A DNA stretch of 52,704 nucleotides, taken from the IMG/VR virus record IMGVR_UViG_3300046715_000106, positions 1-52,704 of that record; one strand, given 5' to 3'. How positions within the stretch are numbered: the stretch's first letter is position 1; each line of letters starts with the position of its first letter. A program made the position numbers and the translations under genes. The notes under the pieces were generated by a model. The model was not told the origin of the DNA, did no database searches, and was given only the letters and a program-made list of their open reading frames with translations. The DNA is from a virus. Lineage: Duplodnaviria > Caudoviricetes. Shown here in pieces: positions 43,341 to 52,704 of this stretch.

Positions 43341-43492
43341 CCCGAGCCCGCTACCTGCTCGGACTCTTGGAGCGGTTCCCGGGCTACACCCTGACCTCCC
43401 TGCTGGAGGAGGACACCGAGCTGATGCGGCTGGTTGCCATCGAGGAGCTCGGCGGCGCACGCGACAACGGAGAGGAGGCGGGCGATGTCTGA
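43253..43492 (+). CDS. -1 frameshift extension of the tail chaperone (GT)
   Basis: In-phase heptamer C CCT TTG at 43253-43259; -1 frame open to TGA 43490-43492 (...LLERFPGYTLTSLLEED...). Confidence 0.75.
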   Translation, partial: PFAGELALWRAVPGGVRSDGSTVGEPGELTRARYLLGLLERFPGYTLTSLLEEDTELMRLVAIEELGGARDNGEEAGDV

Positions 43493-46400
43493 CGACGTGA
43501 CGATCACAGTGCGGGTCAACGACCAGACCGCGGCCGGGTTCCGCGACGTCAACGGGCATTTGCGCACCCTCGACGGCCGGTTCGCGGCGACGGCCGGATC
43601 GGTGAACCGCCACTCTTCGGCCATGTCGAAGGCCATGGTCGACATCAAGGCGTCACTGCTGTCGCTGGCCCCGGCCGCCGTTCCTGTGGCGGCGTCGCTC
43701 GCGCCGATTGCTGTGCAGGCCGGCGCGGCCGGGCTGGCGGTGGCGGCGTTCGGCGCTGCGGTCATTCCGCAGATATCGAACCTGAAGAACGCGGCGCAGG
43801 CGCAGACCAAGTACACGCAGGCGGTGCAGCAGTACGGCAAGGGTTCGCAGCAGGCGGCCGCGGCGCAGCACCAGGCGGCGCAAGTCCTCGGCGCGATGCC
43901 GAAAGCCACGCAACGCGCGGCCGCCGGATACATGGTGCTGAAGGACCAGTTCAAGAGCTTCTCCGACAGCACCGCCAAGTTCACGATGGTGCCCGTTGAG
44001 AAGAGCTTCGCGGTCCTGGGGCAGATCATTCCGAAGCTGAAGCCGATGGTGGAGGGCACGGCGACGCAGCTGGACCGGCTGATGACAGTGGCGGGCGGGG
44101 GCGTGAGCACGGCGGCGTTCGACACGCTGTCGAAGAAGGTCTCCGACTTCGCGAACAGTGCGCTGAAGGGCGCCACCGACAAAGCCATCCACTTCATGCG
44201 GGTGCTGTCGGAAGGCAGCGCGCGCGGGCCGATCGCCTCGTTTTTCGACTACGCGCGGGCGCAGGGCCCGGCGGTGAAGGAGTTGTTGACCAACGTTGCG
44301 AAGGCCGTCAGTAACCTGCTGGAGGGTGCGTCGCAGGCCGGGCCGGGGCTGCTGACGCTGGTGAATGCGTTTGCCAAGCTCGTTGCGGCGCTGCCGCCGT
44401 CGTTGATCGCGAACCTGATGCAGGTGTACGCGGCTTTCAAGCTGATCAAGCTGGCGGGTGCGGGGGTCGGTGCGATCGCCGGGGGGTACGCCACCCTGGC
44501 GACGAAGGTGACGGCGTTGCGCACGGCTGCTGCTGCTGCGGGCGGCGGTATCGCGGGCATGAACGCCGCGCTCGGCACGCTGTCGACGGGCGGTAAGGCT
44601 GCGCTCGCGCTCGGTGTGGTGGGCGGGCTGGCGCTGGCCATGCACAAGCTGTCCGACAACAAGGCCCCGATCTCGGTTGATGATCTGACGGCGTCGCTGA
44701 ACACGCTGGGTTCCACGGGCAAGGTGACCGGAAACCTGGCCGCGAACTGGGACGAGATGACCGCGTCGATCGCGATGATGTCGAAGGGCGCGAGCGACAA
44801 CAAGTTCTTGCAGATGGCATCCGACTTCGGCACCTGGGTGGGTATCGCCAAGGGCCCCAGCATTTCCGACGCGACCAAGAATTTGGACGCGTGGGACAAG
44901 GTCATGGCGAACAACGTCAGATCTGGCAACGTCAAGCTCGCGGCGGCTCAGTTCGAGAAGCTCAAGAGTGGGTGGAGGGGCGGCCATGGCGACTTGGACC
45001 GCCTGAAGTCGCTGACCAACGACTACAACAACGCGTTGGCGGACCAGGCGTTCGAGCAGAAGATGGTCGCCGACAGCATGGGTATCTTCGGGCAGGCTTC
45101 GCTCGATACCCAGGCCAAGCTGGACGCGCAGAAGAATGCAGCGGATGGGCTGCGGTCCAGCATCATCGCCCTCAACGACGTCAACCGGTCCGCGTACGAC
45201 GCGCAGATCGGATTTGAGGCCTCCCTCGACAGCCTGACCGCTTCTTTCAAGGAGCACGGCGCGACCCTGAACCTGGACACGGAGGCCGGCCGGGCGAACG
45301 GCACGGCAATGTCGACGGCAGCGAAGGCGCAGGATGAGCTGATCGCGTCGGGGTTGGCGGCGGGCGACTCTCTGGGGTCGATGACGAAGAAGTCCGACGA
45401 ACTGCGCACCACGATGATGCGGCTCGCAACGGACGCGTTCGACGGGAACAAGAAGAAGGCCCGCGAGTACGTCAATGAGCTGCTCGGGGTGCCGAGCGAG
45501 ATCAAGACCTTGATCAAGGCGGAGAAGGACCAGGCGGTCGCCGGGCTGAAGGAAGTCGAGGCGGCGATCCAGCGGACGCCGGGCGCCAAGTCCATCAAGG
45601 TGGACACGCTCAACGGTGCGGCGATCAAGGCGCTCGAAGCGGTGGGTTTCAAGACGAAGCAGCTGCCCGACGGCAGGACCGAGGTGTCCACGAAGAACGG
45701 GCAGGCAATCGGGTCGATCGCCGCGGTAGCGAAGGCCCTGCGGAACCTGAACGGCAAGACCGCTACGACGTGGACGTATCACAACGTCAAGACCACGTAC
45801 ATCAACAGCCTCGCCAAGCCGGGCCAGTCGGTCCACGACGTCGTGGGCGCCACCGGCGGGCTCTTCACCGGCAGTTCGTTCCGGCACGGCTACGCGGACG
45901 GCGGCCCGGTCCGCGGGCCTGGTACGGGCACCTCGGACGATGTGTTCGCGCCGTGGCTGTCCAACGGCGAGTTCGTCATGAAGAAGACGGCTGTTGACCG
46001 GTACGGCGAGAGGTTCTTGCAGCTCCTCAACGAGGGTCGCCTGGACATGCCACGGTTCGCCAAGGGCGGCAAGGTGACGAAGGCGGAGAAGCAGGCCCGC
46101 GCCGACGCCCAACACGACCTCACGATCAGCCACTTCGGGCAGATGGCCGGGTATCAGCGGAGCGAGTTCCGGTCGGGGCTCGCGAAGCCGGACTCGCTGG
46201 GTTCGCTGGTCGACTCGCTGAACCAGTGGCGTCACATGATCGAGAAGATGACGCACGGCGCGACCGAGAGCAAGTTGCTGAAGGCTCTGGACTCGACAGG
46301 CAAGAAGCTTCTCACCTACGAGAAGCAACTGAACTCGGTGAACGCGAGCCTCGGCAAAGCGAAGGACAAGCTGGAGTCGCTGAAGTCCGCGGCCGCATCG

Positions 46401-47225
46401 CTGGCCGACTCGGTGAAGGGCGGGGTTCTCAGCTCGGCGAACATCACCAAGGGTGCACGTGGGGATGCGCCTGTCACGACCAAGAGCATCATGGCGGGCC
46501 TCACGGCGTCCCGCGACAAGGCCACCAGCTTCGCATCCGCGCTGAAGCAGCTCCAAAAGAAGGGGCTGTCGAAGGACCTGATCCAGCAGATCGCGGAGGC
46601 CGGGATCGAGGGCGGCGGTCTGGAGACCGCGGGCGCCCTGTTGGGTGCGTCGTCGTCGGAGATCAAGTCGGCGAACAGTCTCCAGGGCCAGATCGGGAGC
46701 GCCGCCACCAGCGCGGGGAAGACGACCGCGGACAGCGTGTACGGGGCGGCGATCAAGTGGCAGGAGAGGGTCGTCAAGGATCTGACGAAGCAGCAGGAGA
46801 AGCTCACCAAGGCCATGGACAACTTGGCCAAGGTCATGGAAAAGATGATTGAGAAGGCCACCGGGAAGGCCGCGGGCGGCATCGTCGGCGCGGCCGCGTC
46901 GGGCGGGGTCCGCAGCAACCTGACATGGGTGGGCGAACACGGGGCGGAACTGCTGGATCTGCCGGCGGGGTCGCGGGTGTGGTCGAACCCGGACTCGCGG
47001 AGGAAGGCCGCGCCGCCGTGGGCGTCGATGCTGAACACGCCGCGCGGTGGCGGGGTGCGGCGCACCGCCACCCCGGTGGGCGGGTCCGCGCAGCCGATCC
47101 TCGTGCAGCAGACGATCGAGCTCGACGGACGGGTGATTGCCCGGCAGATTTTTGACCCGTTGCGCGCTGAGATCGCGCACCGCGGTGGCAGTGTTCAGCG
47201 CTCGCTCGGGCAGGGGGCCGGCTGA
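43485..47225 (+). CDS. Tape measure protein
   Basis: 1246-aa Ala/Gly-rich helical protein; GPGTGTSDD..LSNGEFV motif. Confidence 0.92.
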   Translation: MSDDVTITVRVNDQTAAGFRDVNGHLRTLDGRFAATAGSVNRHSSAMSKAMVDIKASLLSLAPAAVPVAASLAPIAVQAGAAGLAVAAFGAAVIPQISNLKNAAQAQTKYTQAVQQYGKGSQQAAAAQHQAAQVLGAMPKATQRAAAGYMVLKDQFKSFSDSTAKFTMVPVEKSFAVLGQIIPKLKPMVEGTATQLDRLMTVAGGGVSTAAFDTLSKKVSDFANSALKGATDKAIHFMRVLSEGSARGPIASFFDYARAQGPAVKELLTNVAKAVSNLLEGASQAGPGLLTLVNAFAKLVAALPPSLIANLMQVYAAFKLIKLAGAGVGAIAGGYATLATKVTALRTAAAAAGGGIAGMNAALGTLSTGGKAALALGVVGGLALAMHKLSDNKAPISVDDLTASLNTLGSTGKVTGNLAANWDEMTASIAMMSKGASDNKFLQMASDFGTWVGIAKGPSISDATKNLDAWDKVMANNVRSGNVKLAAAQFEKLKSGWRGGHGDLDRLKSLTNDYNNALADQAFEQKMVADSMGIFGQASLDTQAKLDAQKNAADGLRSSIIALNDVNRSAYDAQIGFEASLDSLTASFKEHGATLNLDTEAGRANGTAMSTAAKAQDELIASGLAAGDSLGSMTKKSDELRTTMMRLATDAFDGNKKKAREYVNELLGVPSEIKTLIKAEKDQAVAGLKEVEAAIQRTPGAKSIKVDTLNGAAIKALEAVGFKTKQLPDGRTEVSTKNGQAIGSIAAVAKALRNLNGKTATTWTYHNVKTTYINSLAKPGQSVHDVVGATGGLFTGSSFRHGYADGGPVRGPGTGTSDDVFAPWLSNGEFVMKKTAVDRYGERFLQLLNEGRLDMPRFAKGGKVTKAEKQARADAQHDLTISHFGQMAGYQRSEFRSGLAKPDSLGSLVDSLNQWRHMIEKMTHGATESKLLKALDSTGKKLLTYEKQLNSVNASLGKAKDKLESLKSAAASLADSVKGGVLSSANITKGARGDAPVTTKSIMAGLTASRDKATSFASALKQLQKKGLSKDLIQQIAEAGIEGGGLETAGALLGASSSEIKSANSLQGQIGSAATSAGKTTADSVYGAAIKWQERVVKDLTKQQEKLTKAMDNLAKVMEKMIEKATGKAAGGIVGAAASGGVRSNLTWVGEHGAELLDLPAGSRVWSNPDSRRKAAPPWASMLNTPRGGGVRRTATPVGGSAQPILVQQTIELDGRVIARQIFDPLRAEIAHRGGSVQRSLGQGAG

Positions 47226-50200
47226 TGGTGTTCCCGCAGACCCCGCTCCCGCTGAAGGTGGAGTTGCAGGTCGGCTCCGTGTGGACAGACGTCACGACGG
47301 ATGTCCGCGGCGAGCAGCAGATCCGTATCCAGCGGGGCCGCTCCGACTGGGGCCAGGAAGTGGACTCGACGCGCTGCTCGTTCACGCTGGACAACAACTC
47401 GGGGAAGTACAGCCCGAGGAACGCGTCCGGCCCGTACTACGGGCAGATAGGTCGCAACACGCCGTGCCGCGTCAGCGTGATGACGGGCACCCCGTACCTC
47501 GACCTGCCCGGCAGCAGCAGCGACTTCGCGGAGACCGCCGACGTAGCCGCGCTGGACATCACGGGCGACCTCGACGTCCGGCTCGACGCATCGTTCGCGA
47601 ACTGGCTCCCGCCCCTGGCGAGCGGCAACGCTGCCAGCGTCGAGATGATCGGCAAGTTCTCGGGGACGGGCCAAAAGTCCTGGTTCCTCGGGTCACGGAA
47701 CGGCCTGCTCTACTTCGAGTGGTCCGCGGACGGCACGAACTCCCTGTCGGCGTCATCGACACTGCCGCCAGTAATTCCGGGATCAGGTCGCCTGGCGATC
47801 CGGGTCGCGCTGGACGTCAACAACGGCGCGAGCGGGAACACGGTCACCTTCTACACGGCCGACAACCTGGATGCGCCATGGACGCAGCTCGGCGCCACGG
47901 TCGTACAGGCTGGTACGACCAGCGTGTTCAGCTCGACGTCACCGGTACGGATCGGGAACGCGACGGGCTTCAACTTTGCGCAGCCCTTCAGCCGCGTGCA
48001 TTCGGCGGAGATCCGCAACGGCCTGTGGGGAACGATCGTTGCCCAGCCCTATTTCTCCAACCAAGCAGTGGGCGCCACCTCGTTCTCGGATGCGCCCGGC
48101 CGCACATGGACCGTGAACGGTGCAGCGTCGATCACGAACCGGCAGACCCGCTTTGTCGGCGAAGTCAGTGCGTGGGCTGTCCGCTGGGAGACACGGTTCG
48201 ACGTTGTCACCCAGATCGACGCGTCAGGCATCCTGCGGCGGCTCACGCAGGGCGCTTCCCCGGTCCGTAGTGCGATGTACCGGGAGCTGACGAACCCCTC
48301 GCGCACGGGGATCGTCGGGTACTGGCCGATGGAGGACGACGCCGGGGCCACGACGCTTGCGTCCGCGCTGCCTGCACAGGCAGCTATGCCTGCCCCGTCG
48401 TCGGGTATGTCGCTCGCGGCATTCTCGGACTGGGCAGCGTCCGCGCCGCTGCCGACGTTCACGTTCGGCACGACGAAGGCGCGGCTCGCCCCGTACACGG
48501 CAACAAACTTCCTCTTCGCCCGCTTCTTCACGCAGGTCCCTGCGGGCGGTGTCTCGGGTACTGACCGGCTGTTCAGCTTTACGACGACAGGGACCGCCCG
48601 CACCTGGAGCCTGTTCATCAACACGGCGGGTGCTCTCGCCTTGCAGGCGTATGACATCGACGGAACGCAGCTGTTCACTTCCGGGTTCGGGCTCTTCGCC
48701 ATCAACGGCGTACCGAGGCATATCGGAATCGAACTGACGCAGAGCGGCGCCAATATCAACTGGGTTCTGGTCGTCTACGAGATCGACGAGACGGACCTCG
48801 CCACCATCACATTGAGCACACTGTCCGGAACCCTCAACAGCAACACGGCAGGGGCCGCTACCGAGGTGCGGGTTGGGCAGGACGGCCTACTCAACGGAAC
48901 CGCGGTCGGCCACGTCGCCATGGCGAGCAGCAGCACCGCGTTCACGGCCACCCAGGGCGCGATGATCGGATGGCGGGAGGAGACCGCCAGCGGCCGCGTC
49001 CAGAGGCTGGGAAGTGAGGAGGGGTTCCCCGCGTACAGCGTGGCCGCGTCGGACCAGCAGATGGGCCCACAGGGGCGGTCGACGCTGGTGGACCTGCTGC
49101 GCGAAGCGGAGGCTGCCGACGAGGGCATCCTGTGCGAGGGCCGCTCCTACCTTGGGTTGCGGCTGCGTGACCGCATCAGCCTGTACAACCAGCGCTCGGC
49201 GCTCACCCTCGACTACACCGGCAGCTCGGGGCTCGTCACACCGCTGGAGCCCACCGACGACGACCAGTCCGTCCGCAACGACCGCACCGTCGCCCGGGTC
49301 GGCGGCTCGTCGTCGCGTCTCACTCTCGACACCGGGCCCCTGTCGACGCAGGCCCCGCCGACCGGGGTCGGACGGTACGACGACTCCGTCACCCGCAACC
49401 TCGCCACCGACGATCAAACCCTTGACCATGCGGGATGGCTGCTTCACGTGGGCACGTGGGATGAGACCCGCTATCCGGTTGTGCGGCTGGTCCTGTCGAA
49501 GGTGCCGGCGATGCTGGAGTCCGCGGCCGCGGTCGATATCGGGGACCGGATCCAGATCACGAACCCGCCGTCCTGGCTGCCGCTGGACACGGCCGATCTG
49601 CAAGTGCAGGGCTACTCCGAGGTGTTGGACCAGTTCACGTGGAACCTCGATTTCAACTGCATTCCGGCCGGGCCGTGGGATGTGGCGTGGGCTGGTGACG
49701 CGTCGACGGCGTCCAGCCCGCGCGAGTTCCGGTGGACGGACACTACAGGCAGTGCGCTGGTGGAGGCTCTGACGACGACGGAGACCGACGTTGACGTCCG
49801 CACCACTGACGGGCCCGTCTGGTCGCCGAACGTGCGCGACACCCCGTTCGACTGGCGGGTCGCGGGTGAGGTCATGACTGTCACCGCACCCCACACGCTG
49901 CTCAACCCGAACCCGTTCTTCAACACGACGGTGAACAACTGGACAGCACAGTCCAGCACGATGACGTGGTCGCAGACGTTCGTCCACCCGCACCCGCGCG
50001 CGGTCGGCTCGATGCGCATCGCCCCCGATGGGGTGTCCGCGACGGGTGGTGCGCTGGGTGACCTGACCGGGGTCGGCACGATCACGCCGGGAGCGGTGTA
50101 CGTGGTGTCGGCGTGGGTGTTCTCCGTGAACGGCTGGTCCGATCTGCAACCGGCGGTGAACTGGTACGACTCCGGTGGTGCGCTCATCAGCTCGGTGACG

Positions 50201-51079
50201 GGGACGAGTATGTCGGTGTCCGCGAGCGTGTGGACGTATCTGGAGCAGCAGTTCACGGCCCCGGCCAACGCATCGCAGGCGAAGGTGCGGCTACGCCATG
50301 GGGGCACGCCGGCCACGTCGGATATCTGGTACGTGTGGGCTGCGCGGATCACCCGGCCTACGTCGAGCTGGCTGCACGACAACTTCGGGCGGACGGCGTC
50401 GTCTACGTGGTCGCTGGCGGACTCGGGTCAGACGTGGTCGACGGGTGGCGGCACGGCCGCCGACTACAACGTCACGGCCGGGTACGGCGGGCATATCCTC
50501 GCCACCGTCAACGCGAGCCGTAGGACTTTCGTCGACTTCACGTACCCGGATTTCGACTACTACGCCGACGTCACCACCTCGGCGACGGCGACGGGCGGCT
50601 CTCTGTTCGGCGGGCCGACCGGGCGGTACCTCGACAGCGACAACCTGTACCAGGCGCGGCTGGAGTTCACGACGGCCAACGCGATCTTGCTGACGATCCG
50701 CAAGCGGGTCACCGCAGTGGAGACGCAGCTCGGCACGGCCACGGTGGAGCTCACCCACGCTGCCGGAGCGTTCGTGCGGGTGCGGTTCCAGGCGTCGGGG
50801 ACAACGCTGCGCGCCAAGGCGTGGCTGGCGTCGGCGCGGGAGCCCGACGTATGGCACGTGACGGTCACCGACTCATCGATCACCACCTCCAGCTTCATCG
50901 GCGTGCGGTCGGTCTCGGCCAGCACGACCACCAACGTCAACCCAGAGATCCGCTACGACAACCTCGCCGTGATCAACCCGCAGACGTACACGGTCACGCG
51001 CAGTGCGAACCGCGTCGTCAAAGCCCAATCGTCCGGTGCGAGCGTTGCACTCGCCTATCCCACCCCTACGGCCCTGTAG
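47225..51079 (+). CDS. Large multidomain minor tail/baseplate protein with lectin/CBM-like domains
   Basis: VELQVGSVWTDVT, LDN..GKYSP, GYWPMED, NP.F..TVNNW. Confidence 0.85.
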   Translation: MVFPQTPLPLKVELQVGSVWTDVTTDVRGEQQIRIQRGRSDWGQEVDSTRCSFTLDNNSGKYSPRNASGPYYGQIGRNTPCRVSVMTGTPYLDLPGSSSDFAETADVAALDITGDLDVRLDASFANWLPPLASGNAASVEMIGKFSGTGQKSWFLGSRNGLLYFEWSADGTNSLSASSTLPPVIPGSGRLAIRVALDVNNGASGNTVTFYTADNLDAPWTQLGATVVQAGTTSVFSSTSPVRIGNATGFNFAQPFSRVHSAEIRNGLWGTIVAQPYFSNQAVGATSFSDAPGRTWTVNGAASITNRQTRFVGEVSAWAVRWETRFDVVTQIDASGILRRLTQGASPVRSAMYRELTNPSRTGIVGYWPMEDDAGATTLASALPAQAAMPAPSSGMSLAAFSDWAASAPLPTFTFGTTKARLAPYTATNFLFARFFTQVPAGGVSGTDRLFSFTTTGTARTWSLFINTAGALALQAYDIDGTQLFTSGFGLFAINGVPRHIGIELTQSGANINWVLVVYEIDETDLATITLSTLSGTLNSNTAGAATEVRVGQDGLLNGTAVGHVAMASSSTAFTATQGAMIGWREETASGRVQRLGSEEGFPAYSVAASDQQMGPQGRSTLVDLLREAEAADEGILCEGRSYLGLRLRDRISLYNQRSALTLDYTGSSGLVTPLEPTDDDQSVRNDRTVARVGGSSSRLTLDTGPLSTQAPPTGVGRYDDSVTRNLATDDQTLDHAGWLLHVGTWDETRYPVVRLVLSKVPAMLESAAAVDIGDRIQITNPPSWLPLDTADLQVQGYSEVLDQFTWNLDFNCIPAGPWDVAWAGDASTASSPREFRWTDTTGSALVEALTTTETDVDVRTTDGPVWSPNVRDTPFDWRVAGEVMTVTAPHTLLNPNPFFNTTVNNWTAQSSTMTWSQTFVHPHPRAVGSMRIAPDGVSATGGALGDLTGVGTITPGAVYVVSAWVFSVNGWSDLQPAVNWYDSGGALISSVTGTSMSVSASVWTYLEQQFTAPANASQAKVRLRHGGTPATSDIWYVWAARITRPTSSWLHDNFGRTASSTWSLADSGQTWSTGGGTAADYNVTAGYGGHILATVNASRRTFVDFTYPDFDYYADVTTSATATGGSLFGGPTGRYLDSDNLYQARLEFTTANAILLTIRKRVTAVETQLGTATVELTHAAGAFVRVRFQASGTTLRAKAWLASAREPDVWHVTVTDSSITTSSFIGVRSVSASTTTNVNPEIRYDNLAVINPQTYTVTRSANRVVKAQSSGASVALAYPTPTAL

Positions 51080-51088
51080 GAGGCCCGC

Positions 51089-51613
51089 ATGTCGCAGTAC
51101 CCGGTCATCTACGCAGGGCAGCGCATCACCGCATCGCTCCTGACGTCCATGGAGCCGCTGGAGGCGTACAAGGCCACCGACACGACCCGCACGTCAACGA
51201 CGACGGTCGCCGATGACCCGGACTTGGTGATCGCCCTGGAGGCGAACGCCACCTACGTCGTGGAGATGCTCATCAAATATGCGGCCGTGACCGCCGAGCA
51301 GTTCAAGACCCAGTGGTCCGTTCCGGCTGGCGCCTCCGGCGGGCGTGGCCGGATCGGTGTCTCCTCGTCGGTGAACGACACCACGACCGGCGGTCCGTTC
51401 GGCGACGGCGCGTTCGGCCAGCACGGGTTTGCCACCCCTCTGACGTACGGAACCCGCGCCAGCGCAGTGAACCAAGTCATCGCGTATGAGCTCGGCACCG
51501 TGACGACGACGACCGCGGGGAACGTGGCCCTGTCGTGGGCGCAGAACGCGTCGGGGCTGACGGGGACGAAGGTGGCTGCGGGGTCGTACGCCCGCGCTAA
51601 GCGGATCTTCTAA
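51089..51613 (+). CDS. Minor tail/fibre protein
   Basis: AGQRITASLL N-terminus; beta-rich. Confidence 0.7.
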   Translation: MSQYPVIYAGQRITASLLTSMEPLEAYKATDTTRTSTTTVADDPDLVIALEANATYVVEMLIKYAAVTAEQFKTQWSVPAGASGGRGRIGVSSSVNDTTTGGPFGDGAFGQHGFATPLTYGTRASAVNQVIAYELGTVTTTTAGNVALSWAQNASGLTGTKVAAGSYARAKRIF

Positions 51614-51628
51614 GCGAAGGAGTACGAG

Positions 51629-51895
51629 ATGGCCTTGCAGTGGGGCGTTCCCAGCACCATTACATTCCATCCGCAAACGTCGGTAGATGTCATAGCGACG
51701 AAAGCGCTCGGCGGCGGCAGCTCGACCGGCATGTTCTTCCGGGTCACCTTCGGCGGGGAAGGGCCTGAGCCGACAGAGGAGACGGTTCTCGGCTGGCTGG
51801 CCGTCCTCCACAACGCGTTCGAGGCGGACGGCTGGACAGCCGATCTGCGGTTCACGCAGACCACCAGCGTGACCCGGCAGATCGAGGAAGTCTGA
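51629..51895 (+). CDS. Hypothetical protein
   Basis: RBS AAGGAG. Confidence 0.6.
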   Translation: MALQWGVPSTITFHPQTSVDVIATKALGGGSSTGMFFRVTFGGEGPEPTEETVLGWLAVLHNAFEADGWTADLRFTQTTSVTRQIEEV

Positions 51896-51909
51896 GAGAG
51901 AAGGTTCGC

Positions 51910-52704
51910 ATGGCCACACCAATGACGGCCGCCGAGCGGCTGGCCGCGTACAAGTACGAGGGCCTCACGGCCTTCGAGCACGACGGGTGGCGCACCCACA
52001 ACCGGGACACGGCGACCGGGAAGACGTTCGGCCCGGTGGTGGGGGTGCTCATCCACCACACGGCCGGGCACAACGACAAGGAGATCTGCTACAAGGGCAG
52101 ACCCGATCTCCCGGGCCCGCTGTGCCACAACTGGCTGGGCAAGACGGACGGCCTGTGGATGATAGGGCAGGGCCGGGCGAACCATGCCGGGCTCGTCGAC
52201 CTCGACGTCGTCAACGCCCTGCGCGCCGAACAGTCCCCGCTGCCGCACGACGACCAGGCCAACTACGACGGCAACGACGTCCTGTACGGGCTGGAGATCG
52301 AAAACCTCGGCGACGGCCACGACCCGTACCCGGCCGAGCAGTACCGGCAAGCGGTGCTGTGGGCGGCCGCGCACTGCCGGCACCACGGCTGGACGGAACG
52401 TTCCGTCGCCGGGCACAAGGAAGTTCAGCCCGGGAAGATCGACCCATCGTTCGACATGGACGTGTTCCGGGCGGACGTCCGCAAGCAGCTCGCGATACGG
52501 CCCGACACCCCGGCCACCCCGAAGCCCACGCCGTCCCGGCCACGCGTAAGCGTGAAGCGGCTACGCGAAGCCGCAGAGGCCGACCCTCCCGCGAGGCAGG
52601 GCCACGTCACGTACATGGCCGGCGTGAACCTCGTCGAGGCGGCCCTCGTCAAGGAGGGGCTGCTGTACAAGCGGTACGCCGGGGACGGTTCGTTCGGCTC
52701 GGCG
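51910..52704 (+). CDS. Endolysin, N-acetylmuramoyl-L-alanine amidase (continues across the junction to 268)
   Basis: LIHHTAG, ANHAG, GLEIEN, GHKE...KIDP Amidase_2 motifs; absent from the ORF track because it has no stop before the window end. Confidence 0.92.
   Translation, partial: MATPMTAAERLAAYKYEGLTAFEHDGWRTHNRDTATGKTFGPVVGVLIHHTAGHNDKEICYKGRPDLPGPLCHNWLGKTDGLWMIGQGRANHAGLVDLDVVNALRAEQSPLPHDDQANYDGNDVLYGLEIENLGDGHDPYPAEQYRQAVLWAAAHCRHHGWTERSVAGHKEVQPGKIDPSFDMDVFRADVRKQLAIRPDTPATPKPTPSRPRVSVKRLREAAEADPPARQGHVTYMAGVNLVEAALVKEGLLYKRYAGDGSFGSA
52563..52704. repeat. Terminal direct repeat, right copy
   Basis: Matches 1-142. Confidence 0.97.

Noticed and set aside
43653-47180. 1175-aa antisense ORF and many other long overlapping ORFs in the track
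   Set aside because: Shadow ORFs expected at high GC3; no motifs and opposite to clear genes.
47225-51613. Diversity-generating retroelement or invertible tail-fibre switch
   Set aside because: No reverse transcriptase, invertase or template/variable repeat pair recognised.
1-52704. bldA-dependent TTA codons as developmental control
   Set aside because: The TTA trinucleotides inspected by eye were out of frame or intergenic; the scan was not exhaustive.

Overview
This window is an apparently complete, circularly permuted temperate siphovirus genome of about 52,562 bp. Positions 1-142 recur at 52563-52704 with one mismatch, and the endolysin gene reads through the junction. High GC, a WhiB gene, leaderless regulators and the gene content point to a Streptomyces-like actinomycete host (inferred). 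The phage is in its excised form: an attP carrying the 3' half of tRNA-Arg(CCT), with arm-type and Xis-like repeats, sits next to a tyrosine integrase. Gene order: lysis cassette; XRE-TPR accessory module; attP/int; repressor/Cro/Xis; recombination and replication genes (PD-(D/E)XK nuclease, Gp3-like protein, DnaQ, RuvC, WhiB, and a DnaB/RepA-like helicase with internal iterons); many small accessory genes; an RHH-controlled membrane-protein operon; a WYL module; terminase; portal; an inserted HNH cassette; ClpP-like protease; HK97-fold capsid; and tail genes including a -1 frameshifted chaperone. The strongest leads are (1) an orphan FxSxx-COOH RiPP-precursor-like peptide with no maturase, possibly a decoy against host Fxs systems, and (2) a separately regulated operon resembling a plasmid transfer/spread module, with an ATPase-less TraB-like protein and clt-like repeats. 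All product calls come from motif recognition by eye; no database searches were run.
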